Origin: Dictyostelium discoideum | Taxonomy: Eukaryota | Direction: 5' to 3' | DNA: 64,000 bases | Assembly (NCBI GenBank): GCA_000004695.1 | Contig: CM000155.2 | Span: forward strand, 3,296,001 to 3,360,000 | Shown: one piece after another, positions 49,473-64,000 of the stretch | How positions within the stretch are numbered: position 1 is the stretch's first letter | Layout of the letters: each line of letters begins with the position of its first letter | Made by a program: the position numbers and the translations under genes | The notes under the pieces: model-generated | What the model was told of the DNA's origin: nothing | Database searches by the model: none | Seen by the model: the letters and a program-made list of their open reading frames with translations, nothing else

Positions 49473-49550
49473 TGTATTTGTTAGTGGTGTTTGTGTGTGT
49501 GTGTTTTATTTGATTTATATTAAATTAATAATAAATAATTTTTTTTTTAT

Positions 49551-49588
<38 letters not shown>

Positions 49589-50215
49589 AAATTAAAAATA
49601 AATTAAATAATTTAATAGAAAGACACACACAAACAAATATAGAGAGAGATAGAAAATTGATTTATTATGATAAAAAAATGAAAAAAATGAAATGTAAAAT
49701 AAAAAAAAAAAAAAAAAGTGAATATGTTTATTACAATGAAAAGTTAGGGGGGGATGAAACACACATACCCATTTTATCATAAATCTACAAAATTTGGAAA
49801 TGGTTTTTTTTTATAGGAATAAATTTTTTTTTTTTATCATAATTAAAATAAAAAATAAGAATTAATTAAACATCAGCTTTATTATTATCCAAAAAAATAA
49901 AAAAATAAAAAAAAAAAAGTGTTAAAATCTAAATTAAGCAAATATATATATATATTTTTTTTTTTTTTATATATAATTAAAAAAAAAAAAAAAAAATTAC
50001 TAATTTTGATTTACTTTTGCTTATTTTAAATTATTTTGGAATTTTTTTCCTTTTTCAGTTTAATTATCACTAATTTAAAAAGTAAATTGAAATTTATTAA
50101 TTTATTTTTTTTTTTTTTTTTTTTTTCAATTCATTTTTTTCAATTTTCCTTTTTTTTTTTATTTTTTTTTTTTTTTTAATTCATTTTTTTTATTTTATTT
50201 TTTTAAAAAAAAGAA

Positions 50216-51790
50216 ATGAATGGAGTTGATATAAATTCAAATTTAGATTCAATTAAAGCAAAAGCAGAAGATATTAGAAATTTATTATTAACAACTTCAA
50301 CTGGTAATTGGGAGGATATTTTAGGACATTTTGTAGTATTATCAGGTGAATATGGATCATTAGTCAGAGAGGTCAATAATATATACGATAGTGTTGCAGT
50401 ATTTCCTGAACAAGTTACAGGTGATCCAAATTTAATACCAAATTTATTAAGAACAAAACTATCACCAGAATTGGAGACCAAGAATAGAGATATCATAAAT
50501 CAATACGTTTCAAAGAATTCCACTCACTATGATCCTGGAAATCAAGAGGAGAATATACCACCATTGAAATTACATATAAAATCATTCAATGATAGAATAG
50601 ATAAAGTGGATCAAGAATTTGAGAATAAAATTCAACAAATCAGTAAACATAAATTAACCAAACCATCAGCATCCCACGATACCGCAATCCTCAAAGACAT
50701 CCTCTCCATCACAATGCTAGGATCAGGTATTAAAATCAATGCTCAACAACAATTAGCACAACAACAACAACAACAAGCTACAATCAATGCATTACAACAA
50801 CAACAAAGATTATTAAATGCACAACAACAACAACAACAGCAACAACAACCACAAGCATTATATAAATTACCTGCTACAAATACTGCAAATACTTCAACTA
50901 ATACACCATCATCAACAATTGTAATTAATTCACCATCACCTGGTGGTATTCATCATAATGTACCAACACCACCAACCAATCTAAATGCTGCTGGTACTAG
51001 AACTTCACCACCAAATGTACAGCAATATGTAAATTCACCACCACCACAACAACAACAGCAACAACAAATTAATACAGTCATTGGAACACCAAATACAATA
51101 CCAACCACACCAACAGCAACAGTATCAACTGCTGCCACTTATAAACCAGTGGCATCACCACAACAACAAGTTACTTCTAAGCAAGTACCAATACAGTCAA
51201 CAAATAAACCATTACCACAACAACAACCTTCAATACAAATTCAACCACAACAATCTATTGTGCAAATGGTGCAGAATGTTTTACCAAATACAACTTCACC
51301 ACCTGTTAACAATAATAATCAATCACCAATTAATAGTGGTATTGGAGGAGGTCAATTTAAACCATCAGCTATTAATATTGCAAATGCAAATAGTGGTACA
51401 TCAACAATTCAACAACAAATTCAATTACAACAACAACAATTACAACAACAAATTCAATTACAACAACAATTAGCACAGCAGCAACAACAAAATCAACAAA
51501 ATCAACAAAATCAACAAAACCAGCAAAACCAACAAAATCAACAAATTCATCAACATATTCAACATTTAACACCACAACAACAAGCTCAATTACAACAACA
51601 AATGTTACAACAACAACAACTTCAACAACAATTTCAACAACAACAATTATCACAACAACTTTTACAACAACAACAACTTCATCAACAACAACAACCAAAT
51701 CAAACAATTCAAAATCCATTTCATAATTTTCAAGCAAATAATTTCAGAGTTCAAAATCCTACAAATTTTAATCCACCACAAAATCAATAA
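50216..51790 (+). CDS. probable Mediator complex subunit 8 (Med8) homolog with long Q-rich C-terminus
   Basis: The N-terminal 150 aa resemble the Med8 family (…GHFVVLSGEYGSLVREV… then …LIPNLLRTKLSPELE…). Assigned from memory of human MED8; not verified. 524 aa, single exon. Confidence 0.45.
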   Translation: MNGVDINSNLDSIKAKAEDIRNLLLTTSTGNWEDILGHFVVLSGEYGSLVREVNNIYDSVAVFPEQVTGDPNLIPNLLRTKLSPELETKNRDIINQYVSKNSTHYDPGNQEENIPPLKLHIKSFNDRIDKVDQEFENKIQQISKHKLTKPSASHDTAILKDILSITMLGSGIKINAQQQLAQQQQQQATINALQQQQRLLNAQQQQQQQQQPQALYKLPATNTANTSTNTPSSTIVINSPSPGGIHHNVPTPPTNLNAAGTRTSPPNVQQYVNSPPPQQQQQQQINTVIGTPNTIPTTPTATVSTAATYKPVASPQQQVTSKQVPIQSTNKPLPQQQPSIQIQPQQSIVQMVQNVLPNTTSPPVNNNNQSPINSGIGGGQFKPSAINIANANSGTSTIQQQIQLQQQQLQQQIQLQQQLAQQQQQNQQNQQNQQNQQNQQNQQIHQHIQHLTPQQQAQLQQQMLQQQQLQQQFQQQQLSQQLLQQQQLHQQQQPNQTIQNPFHNFQANNFRVQNPTNFNPPQNQ

Positions 51791-52759
51791 AAGTAAATAT
51801 AAATATAAAAATTTATATTTAGAAAAAAAAAAAAAAAATTATTTGATCTGAGACCATAATATTTTATGAATATTTTTTTAATTATTAAAAAAAAAAAAAA
51901 AAAACTAAAAATTAAAACTCACTTAATTTAGGCACATCATTTTTTTTTTTATTTTTTTTTATTTGGATTGTTTTTAAAAAAAAAAAAAAAAAAAAAAGTT
52001 TATATAAAATAGTAGTGGAGAAAAAAAAAAAAAAAAAACAGTTTACGATGGTGCATTAATAAAAAAAAAACAAAAAAAGATAAAAATAAATTTCCCCCAT
52101 CACACAACAACATAAATCCACTCTTTCAAAAACAAATAATTAATTATTTAAAAAAAAATAAAAAAAATAAAAATTACCATTTTCAAATAATTTTATTTTG
52201 TATTTTTTACAAATTGGGGTGGTTTTTTTTTTTTTTTTTTTAAATATTCAATTGAATTATTAATTTTAATTTTAAAAAAAAAAAATTCAACACGCACATT
52301 TCAACCTCACACTCTCTCTGGCTTCTCTCTTTCTCTTATTTAATTTAAAATTCAACTTTTAAAAATATTTTCTATCTACAAATTGATAGCAGATCGTATA
52401 TTGGAAAAAAAACTAAAAATAAAAAAAAAATAATTAAAAAAATAATTTAAAAAAATTAAATTAAAAATAAACAAATAAGGTTTTTTTTTTTTTTTATCAG
52501 ACACCCACCCCACTATATATAATTTATTTAATAAAAAAAAAAATAAAAAAAAAAAAAAATAATAAAAAAAAACAATATTAAAAATATAATGTAATGTTTT
52601 AGGAAAAAAAAAAAAAAAAAAATTAAAATACAATTTATATGTTGCACATATAAATTGAAAAACACCAATAATAATAATAATCAAAATAAAAATTATTATT
52701 ATTATTATAATATAAAATTAAAATAAAATAAAAATAAAAAATATAATAATAATTTAAAA

Positions 52760-56734
<3,975 letters not shown>

Positions 56735-56977
56735 TTAATAATTTTTATAATAATAATAAAAAAAAAAAAAGGCGCTTCACCCCCTATACATATATATGTA
56801 TTTATATAAACTTTCAAAAAGATTTTTATTACTTTTTTTTTAATTTTTTTACTCTTGTGTAAAATTAAAAATGTTGGTAACCTAATAATTATTATAATTA
56901 ATATTTTTTAAATTATTAAAAATATTATTAAATTGAAATAATGGTGAATCAGTTAATTGTTTCTCGACTGGATTTGA

Positions 56978-57250
56978 TTATTGTTTACTGCTTCTACTAC
57001 TACTACCATTACTACTACTAATACTACAACTACTACAACTACCACTACTACCACTAAGTATTCTCTCTGGTAATTTCTCATTTGATTTATCTGGGTTACG
57101 AGTGCCTAAAAATTCCCAAATAAAACCAGATTGAGGCTGTAGATGTGCTGGTGGGGGGTAAAATGCTCCAACCCTTATATGAGTAATAGAGTTGATACAT
57201 GAAAAGAATAAAAAAATAAATAACAGTAAGGGGATTGAGAACTTAAACAT
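56978..57250 (-). CDS. small secreted Ser-rich protein (90 aa)
   Basis: Signal peptide MFKFSIPLLLFIFLFFSCINS. Codon usage is unusually GC-rich for an intergenic region. No homolog recognised. Confidence 0.35.
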   Translation of the reverse strand: MFKFSIPLLLFIFLFFSCINSITHIRVGAFYPPPAHLQPQSGFIWEFLGTRNPDKSNEKLPERILSGSSGSCSSCSISSSNGSSSRSSKQ

Positions 57251-57922
57251 TTTTTAAAAAATAATGCAAATAATTTGTAAATAAAAAAAGAATAAATAAA
57301 AGAAAAATATATTCCTATATTTAAAAAATAAAATAAAAAATACATATGATAATAAATAAAAAATAAAATACCACCAATTTAACAAAGGGGGGGGGGGGTA
57401 CCACAAATAAACAAAATATAACACCACCAATTTTTTATCTTTTTACATAAAAAGATTAGTTTTTTTTTTATTTTTTTTATATTTCAATTAAGTTACAAAA
57501 ATGTGGAAGTACAAAAAATAATATGAATTTTCAAAAAAACTTAGTATTAACAGATGTTTAATTGAAGATATAACTGGAGACCTCTCAACATAAAAAAAAG
57601 AATGCACCAAAGGTTGAAATAATAATGATTGACATTGTTGAAAAAATATTTAGAGATTGTACTACCATGTTCACAAATTACTTTAAAGATGCTAAAATTG
57701 GAATAAAAAGAAAAGACCAATGTAGTGGAGTTAATTATTATATTTATTTGAAAGAGAAGAAGAAGATTGTGAATTTTTAAAAAATAAATAGTCAGGTTGT
57801 TCATTTAAGTCAAGAAAATAGTAACAAATCTGAATCTTTAAATGGTAAATTAATAAAAAAAAAATTATAATTATATTTATGTTATTGAAAAATAATTAAT
57901 TTGTTTGTCATGTAATATTATT

Positions 57923-57955
<33 letters not shown>

Positions 57956-58319
57956 AGAAGATAGCTATTGGCCGATGCGAAATAATATTTCCAGTATTAT
58001 CTGATTTTTGATTTAATAAATGCAAATTAATTACTGATGGAAAAAATAGGCTTTTTGTTAAAAAAAAAAAAAAAAAGATTCTTAATTATTTTTTTGATAA
58101 TTTAATAAGAAAATGAAAGAGTTTTTTTTTTTTTTTTAATTTGGGTTTATCTATCCCACAAAATTATTTTTTTATTTAAAATTTCTTATATAATTTTTTA
58201 ATTCTTTTTTTTAAATGTGTAAAACATTTAAGTTGACCTTACAGCAAATCTTGCAGAAAACCTTAGTCAACTGTCTTTTTTTTTAATTATTTGGGATAAC
58301 TATCGTTTAAAATTAAAGC

Positions 58320-58680
58320 TGGTGTAGTTGGTATTCCAATGATTGTATTAATTTGTTGTTGTTATTGTTGTTGTAATGGTGGTGGATTTACATATTGCTG
58401 TGCATTTGATGGTGTTGGTGGTGGTGGTGGATTTACATATTGTTGTACATTTGGTAGTGAAGTTCTAGTACCAGCAGCATTTAGATTGGTTGGTGCAGTA
58501 TGATGAATTAATTGCAATTGTTGATGATGGTGTATTAGTTGAATTTGTATTAGAATCTGTTGTTGCTATTGTTTATTTGTTGCTTTATAAGCAGCAACAG
58601 CTGTTGTTACTGTAGTTGGTATTTCATTTGGTGTTCCAATAACTTTATTAATTTGCTGTTGTGTTTAGTGAAATAAATTG
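58320..58680 (-). pseudogene. inverted, internally rearranged partial copy of the Med8 coding region (50880-51160)
   Basis: The reverse complement of 58480-58510 matches 50970-51012 (ccaaccaatctaaatgctgctggtactagaacttcacc). Other blocks match 50880-50940 and 51060-51150, in changed order and with an internal duplication. Stop codons interrupt all frames. Confidence 0.6.
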
Positions 58681-59347
58681 TGGTATATAAATGTCAATTA
58701 ATAATGCTATTATAATTATTGCAAAAAAAAAAAAAAAAAAAAAGTTTATTTGTTAATTGAATAAATTGATTATTTTTATTATTATAATAAATATTATTAT
58801 TATTTATTATTATTAAAGTTATTCATTTTTGATTCCATATGGCAGTATTTTTTTTTTTTTTTTTTTTATTTGATTGGTTTTTTTTTTTTTTTTTTTAATT
58901 ATAAATTAGGTTGAATATTTTTATTTTTTTATTTTTAAAAAATAATTTATGACAAAACTGTCATTTTCCGAGCTATTTAATGATTTATGGGTGAATGGTT
59001 TCGAAAAATAACGGATCACCTGGTGGTTTTAAAAATTTAAAATAAAATAAAAAATTTTAAAATAAAAAAAAATAAAAAAAAAAAAAAAAAATATTTTCAT
59101 AATTTTTTATTTTTTTTATTTTTATTTTTATTTTTTTTGAAAAGACACCAACATTGCTTTTTTTTTTTTTTTTTTTTTTTTTTTGGAATAAAGGAAAAAG
59201 AAAAAGAAAAAAAAAAAAAAAAAAAAAAAAACAAAAAAGTTTTTGTGTAATGTAATAATTCATTTTTTTTTTTATATGAATGTAAAATCGAAAAAATATA
59301 AATAATAAATAATAAACAATAATAATAAAAAAAAAAAAAAATACTAA

Positions 59348-61677
59348 ATGGAACAGGTTGTGGAATTCCTTGAAAATTGTGATTTATATCCAAAATTAGA
59401 AGGTAAGATTTTTTTTTTTTTTTTTTCCACCCAAACTTCCAAAAAAAAATTATTTTTATTATTTTTATTATTTTTATTATTTTATTATTTTTAAAAATAG
59501 AATATTGAATGAAAATTAATTAATTAATTTAAAATAATTAGAAAAAAAAAAAAACTCAAGAAATCCATTATCAGGTATTATTACAATTATTTATTTACCA
59601 TTATTAATATTTTATTTATGGTTTAGTATTAGACCACAATATGGAGCGTTACCAAATTGTTGTGCATGTGCTGCTCATTCAACACCAAAAGAATCATGGA
59701 TATATGAAGCGATTAAACCTGAATGTATGAATTCAACAAGTTGTAGAGAGAATGTACAAAAACAACTAACACTGAATTGTGATGCAACTTTACAATATTT
59801 ACCGATACCTGATGTCAATTTGACGATGAATATAGCCGAGATTGGGTGTCTAGGTTTGAAACCGGGTGATTCATGTAATGAAGAGTGTTTAGCGGTATCA
59901 AATCGATGGATAACCAGTCTGGACTACACCAACCAAGACAACCAATACCAGGCTATAATCCGGTGTCCTTTGCAAATTGGTGTATGTGATTTCAAGGCGG
60001 TGTATAGTAACCAAGAGACTGCGCCACATGCGGTGTGCAGGTACCCCGAGCTGAATGGGTTGTTGATTATTTTAGGCTCAGGTTTGTCACTATTAAATGG
60101 ATTTTTAATAACACTTCGAATTATGTTACGTACATTTTGGAGTAGAATAGGAGCGAATAATACAAAGAATGGTCGTATGGGTGATTATTGGAAGGGGGTG
60201 GTGATAGGTGTGGTGTTCAATTATTTTGGCATACTTTACCTCTCGCTAGCAAAGGATATCTCCAAACGTATGAGATATGGTGGTCAACTATCGATTGGGT
60301 TTCTACTACTCTTTTTCAAAAGCCCCCTTGTCATTTACCTAATGGCGGTGTTCTCGTCGTTTTGGACTCCGATGGGGATACTACTAGGTTTAGGATTTAT
60401 CGCAGTTTCAATTATAATTAGAACAGTATTCAATTTGGTTGTATTGGAAATCAGATCTAGAAATTGTGTTGTACTATCACAAGGTTCTATTGAACAATTT
60501 GGTATAATCGGTGAAGATAGTGAAGAGTCAAAGAACGATAACCCATTAAGATACTACCAACAACCCGACCGAATTAAACCAGTCCCTTACACCACATGGA
60601 AAGATTTCTTTAAAGGTTTCTATATGAACCTTTTCGCAATAATCCTACTTCACGGCTTAAAGAAATCCTATAAACGTTATTCAGGTTTAAAAAATGGTTT
60701 CTACGTTTCAATTGGTTGTTCAACTATGATCATAGTTTGGATTTTACTTTGGTCATTAAACGGTTGGGATTACATAACTTATAATTTCCCATTCCCACTA
60801 TTACCAAATTTAAATAAATCAACCACCACTACCACCACCATCATTCCATCATCATCAACATCATCAACATCACCAACGTCATCACCATCACCATCACCAT
60901 CATTATCATCAACATCATCATCATCATCATCATCAATTGAATATGTTGAATCATTAACAACAAATGAGTTAATGAAAATTGCATTTTTACAATCAATTTA
61001 TTATGTGATATCATGGGCAATTGCAATGATGATGGTATTTCATTTTAGTTTATTTTTAAAATATTTACCAGTGAATCAAGGGGTAAACTTTTTTAGATTT
61101 TTAAAAAAGAAACATGGTACTCGTATGGATTATAGATTTGGATTTATCGTGGGAATTATACCAGTGGTTTTAACAAGTTTCTTCTTTTTTTATTTCTTCT
61201 TTTATCCATATGTTGAAGCACCGTTACCATCGAATCCATCATTATGTTCATTCCCAGCTTGGACTTTAATCATACCATGTCTTGGTTTACTACCATCAAT
61301 GTTAATGTTTATATTCTCACCAAGTGAAAGATTTAGGTCAGGTATTATCTCTGCGATTGGAGTTTCAATACTTTTCTTTGGTATGGGATCAACCCTATTA
61401 TTATTAAATTATTGTTTAGGTCCGAATCAAGATAAATTCAATCCATTAGCTTGGTTAATCACTTTATTTGGTTCTTTTATTATAGTTTTTGGTTCAATTC
61501 GTAGTGATACCATTTTAATTTTAGATAAAAAAAAAGAGAATCCAAGATTCATAGAAGAGGAAAGATTATTATCTTCATCAACTCAAATTAAAAATATAAT
61601 TGAAGATTCAATTGATTATAATGAAATTATAATTAATAATGGTAGTCAAAATTATAAAACAATTAATAATTCAATTT

Positions 61678-61743
<66 letters not shown>

Positions 61744-61829
61744 TAAATATAAATATTAATAATAGTAATAATAATAATATACCCGAAGGTATAGCCAATA
61801 ATAAAAATAATTATAATTTTGATGATTAA
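59348..61829 (+). CDS. multipass membrane protein with Cys-rich N-terminal ectodomain, two exons
   Basis: Model: join(59348..59402, 59560..61829). Exon 1 is MEQVVEFLENCDLYPKLE plus g. Donor GTAAGA at 59403 and acceptor (a)n ctcaag| at 59559 (phase 1). Exon 2 opens with TM GIITIIYLPLLILFIWFSI, then CCACAAHSTPKESW.... At least 10 further hydrophobic helices. The track ORF 59727..61829 is the internal-Met tail. Confidence 0.6.
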
Positions 61830-62254
61830 ATAAAATGTATTTGGTCATTTTAATTATAAATAATTAATTTTTTTTATTTTTTTTTTTTTCAGTTTTATTA
61901 AAAGAATATTGTATTTTTTAAAATAACATCAATTTTAAATCCATGTTTTTATCTGAACAAATCTCGAATAATTAAATTCCTTCATCTAAAAACTTTACAA
62001 TTCATTTAAAATGAAAAAAAAGTAGGAATATGTTTTTTTTTTTATTTTTATTTTGGTATTTTCCAACCAGGATATTGTCTTTTCAAATAATTGAAAATTT
62101 TTTTTTTTTTTTTTTTATTTTTTTTTTTTTTTTTTTAATTTAAAAAAAATGAAAGTATTAAATTGCGAATCAAAACACAAAAAAAAAAAAAAAATAAAAA
62201 ACAATAAAAAAATATAATAATAACAATAATATAAATAATAACAAATGATTTAAA

Positions 62255-62462
62255 ATGTTGTCTGCTTTTAAAAAAAATCTATTAAAACCATCTTCACAAA
62301 CATATATTAAATATAATATCAACAATATTAGTTTAATAAAAAAAAAAATCACTCCGAAAATTAATAAAGATAAAAATGAAAATTATAATAATAATAATAA
62401 TAATAATGTTTTATCATGTACAACTATAAATTCTTCATTAACTACTTCTTTAATAAATAATA

Positions 62463-62493
<31 letters not shown>

Positions 62494-62561
62494 TTGTTTT
62501 ATTAATGGAGGACAAAGACATTTCGGATCATGGGGTTTTAGAGTAATGTATATACATATAT

Positions 62562-62606
<45 letters not shown>

Positions 62607-63182
62607 CATAATAATAATTATTAATTAATATATATTATAAAAATAAAATAAAATAATGATAATAATAAAGTTTTTAATGGGTTTTTCAATTGTTGGTATA
62701 ATGTATTTTGCAAGAAGATGGCAACCAAGACAAATTCAAAGGATTATACAAATGTTTAAGAATGGATCAGATGATATGGATATTTTATCATTGACATCAA
62801 AAGATCAAACATTTCATTCAAACATTTCATTCAATCGTGAAAAAGAAGTTAATTATTTAAATTCATTTCTATCATCACCACCATTAGGACCAATTGTAAT
62901 AGTTGGGCCTGAAGGTTGTGGTAAATCACATATAGTTAGAAGAGTATTATCATCACGTCAAATGTCAATTCTAGTTGATATGAGAAAGAATGCAGTTATG
63001 ACTGGTGATGAATTATTATTATCATTTTTAGGTAGATTAGGTTATTTATTACCATCAAGTGATCCAATTTCATCTTTATTTTTAAAAGCTGAAAAAAAAC
63101 AAAGTAAAATTTTAATCAAATTAGAGTGTTTATTAATTATTATTATTGAGTAGATTATATTAATATAAATTATTATTTGTTT

Positions 63183-63214
<32 letters not shown>

Positions 63215-64000
63215 GAACTTAATGTTCAAGAAATTGTTCAGGGTTTAGATACAGTTTTTCAAGCATTAATTAAAATTAAAGAAACATTTAATATTACACC
63301 ATTAATTACAATTTCAAATATTGAAGCATTACCAACATCTGAAAATTTTACAAGATTTTTGGATTGGTGTTTATCTGTAACTGATAATAAATTAGCAAAT
63401 ATTGTATTTTTAACATCTTCACAATTTGTTCATTTCCATTTAGATTCAAGTATGTATATATATATATATAATTAATTAAAAATAATAAATATAAATTTAT
63501 ATATATTAATATATTCTTTTTGAAAAAAAAAAAAGATCAAAATTTTAAAAAAAGAAGATTTGTATATAATATAAATTTTCCAACAAAATCAGAAGTTAGA
63601 AAATATTTACATTTAGTATTTAGTGATGAATCATCACATACTAGAATGGCAGATCATCCAAATAATGAAAAAAGATTAAATAATGAATTAATGGCTCAAA
63701 ATAGGAATAGTAATAATTTAATTATATTACCATCATCAATGATGAATTATGGAATTGGTGGTGTTGGAGGTGGAATTGGTGATGGTATTGGAATTGGTGG
63801 TGGTGGAATTGTTAGTGTAAATGGTAATTATTGTTTAACGAATGAAGAGATTGAAAGTATGATATCAATATTTGGTGGTCAAATGAGAGATATTGATTTA
63901 ATATCGGGATTGGTAAAGAGGGGTGAAAACTTTCATTATTTGGTTGACCTATTCATATCAGAATCAATTCAAAAGATTGCATCATTAGTAGACTCAATGT
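62255..64000 (+). CDS. P-loop NTPase (Walker A GPEGCGKS), four or more exons, 3' partial (runs off window)
   Basis: Model: join(62255..62542, 62671..63103, 63216..63449, 63536..>64000). Donors GTAATG at 62543 (phase 0), GTAAAA at 63104 (phase 1) and GTATGT at 63450 (phase 1). Acceptors aataaag| at 62670, (ttta)n g| at 63215 and aaaaag| at 63535. The last exon is open to the window end (…GENFHYLVDLFISESIQKIASLVDSM). Confidence 0.5.

Noticed and set aside
58940-59040. Third occurrence of a cacc(t/a)ggtggt...ttttaa motif resembling the TRE 3' UTR module
   Set aside because: Only about 12 bp match. This is too short to call a TRE fragment.

Overview
This window looks like Dictyostelium discoideum-type nuclear DNA. 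It is about 78% A+T, has very long poly(A)/poly(T) runs, CAA/AAT microsatellites encoding poly-Q/poly-N, and short AT-rich introns with GTAAGT...AG boundaries. Two non-LTR retrotransposons of the TRE type sit just downstream of tRNA genes. One 100-nt assembly gap lies at 21658..21757, and one ambiguous base (n) lies at 32908. No prokaryotic-style systems (CRISPR arrays, operons) are present. Many ORFs in the supplied track start at GTG/TTG rather than ATG, so several gene models were redrawn by hand with splice junctions; all splice models are inferences from GT...AG boundaries and frame continuity.

Main contents, left to right:
- the 3' end of a TIG/IPT-like surface protein gene;
- a 5'-truncated TRE-like retroelement abutting an intron-containing tRNA-Ile(UAU) with a downstream external B box;
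- a Nudix hydrolase;
- a GT10 alpha-1,3-fucosyltransferase;
- a three-exon DUSP-domain ubiquitin-specific protease;
- a Vps52-like multi-exon gene with an unresolved frame break;
- an FNIP-repeat protein;
- a second, identical tRNA-Ile(UAU) in inverted orientation;
- two tandem small-secreted-protein paralogs, one frame-disrupted;
- TRE 3'-end debris and a retroelement fragment truncated at the gap;
- a tandem array of three paralogs of an uncharacterised poly-Q family sharing a conserved ATG-G|GTAAGT first micro-exon (copy A frame-shifted relative to it, copy C pseudogenised);
- a MITE-like inverted repeat;
- tRNA-Ser(UGA) followed by a full-length TRE (ORF1 plus ORF2 with endonuclease and reverse transcriptase);
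- a truncated paralog fragment and its intact parent gene;
- an ankyrin-BTB-bromodomain-ET protein;
- a secreted beta-helix/mucin-like membrane protein;
- a poly-Q/N two-exon gene;
- several hypothetical genes;
- a probable Mediator Med8;
- an inverted, scrambled pseudogene fragment of Med8;
- an F-box protein with a cullin-repeat-like segment;
- a multipass membrane protein with an unusually GC-rich 5' half;
- a four-exon P-loop NTPase gene that runs off the window end.
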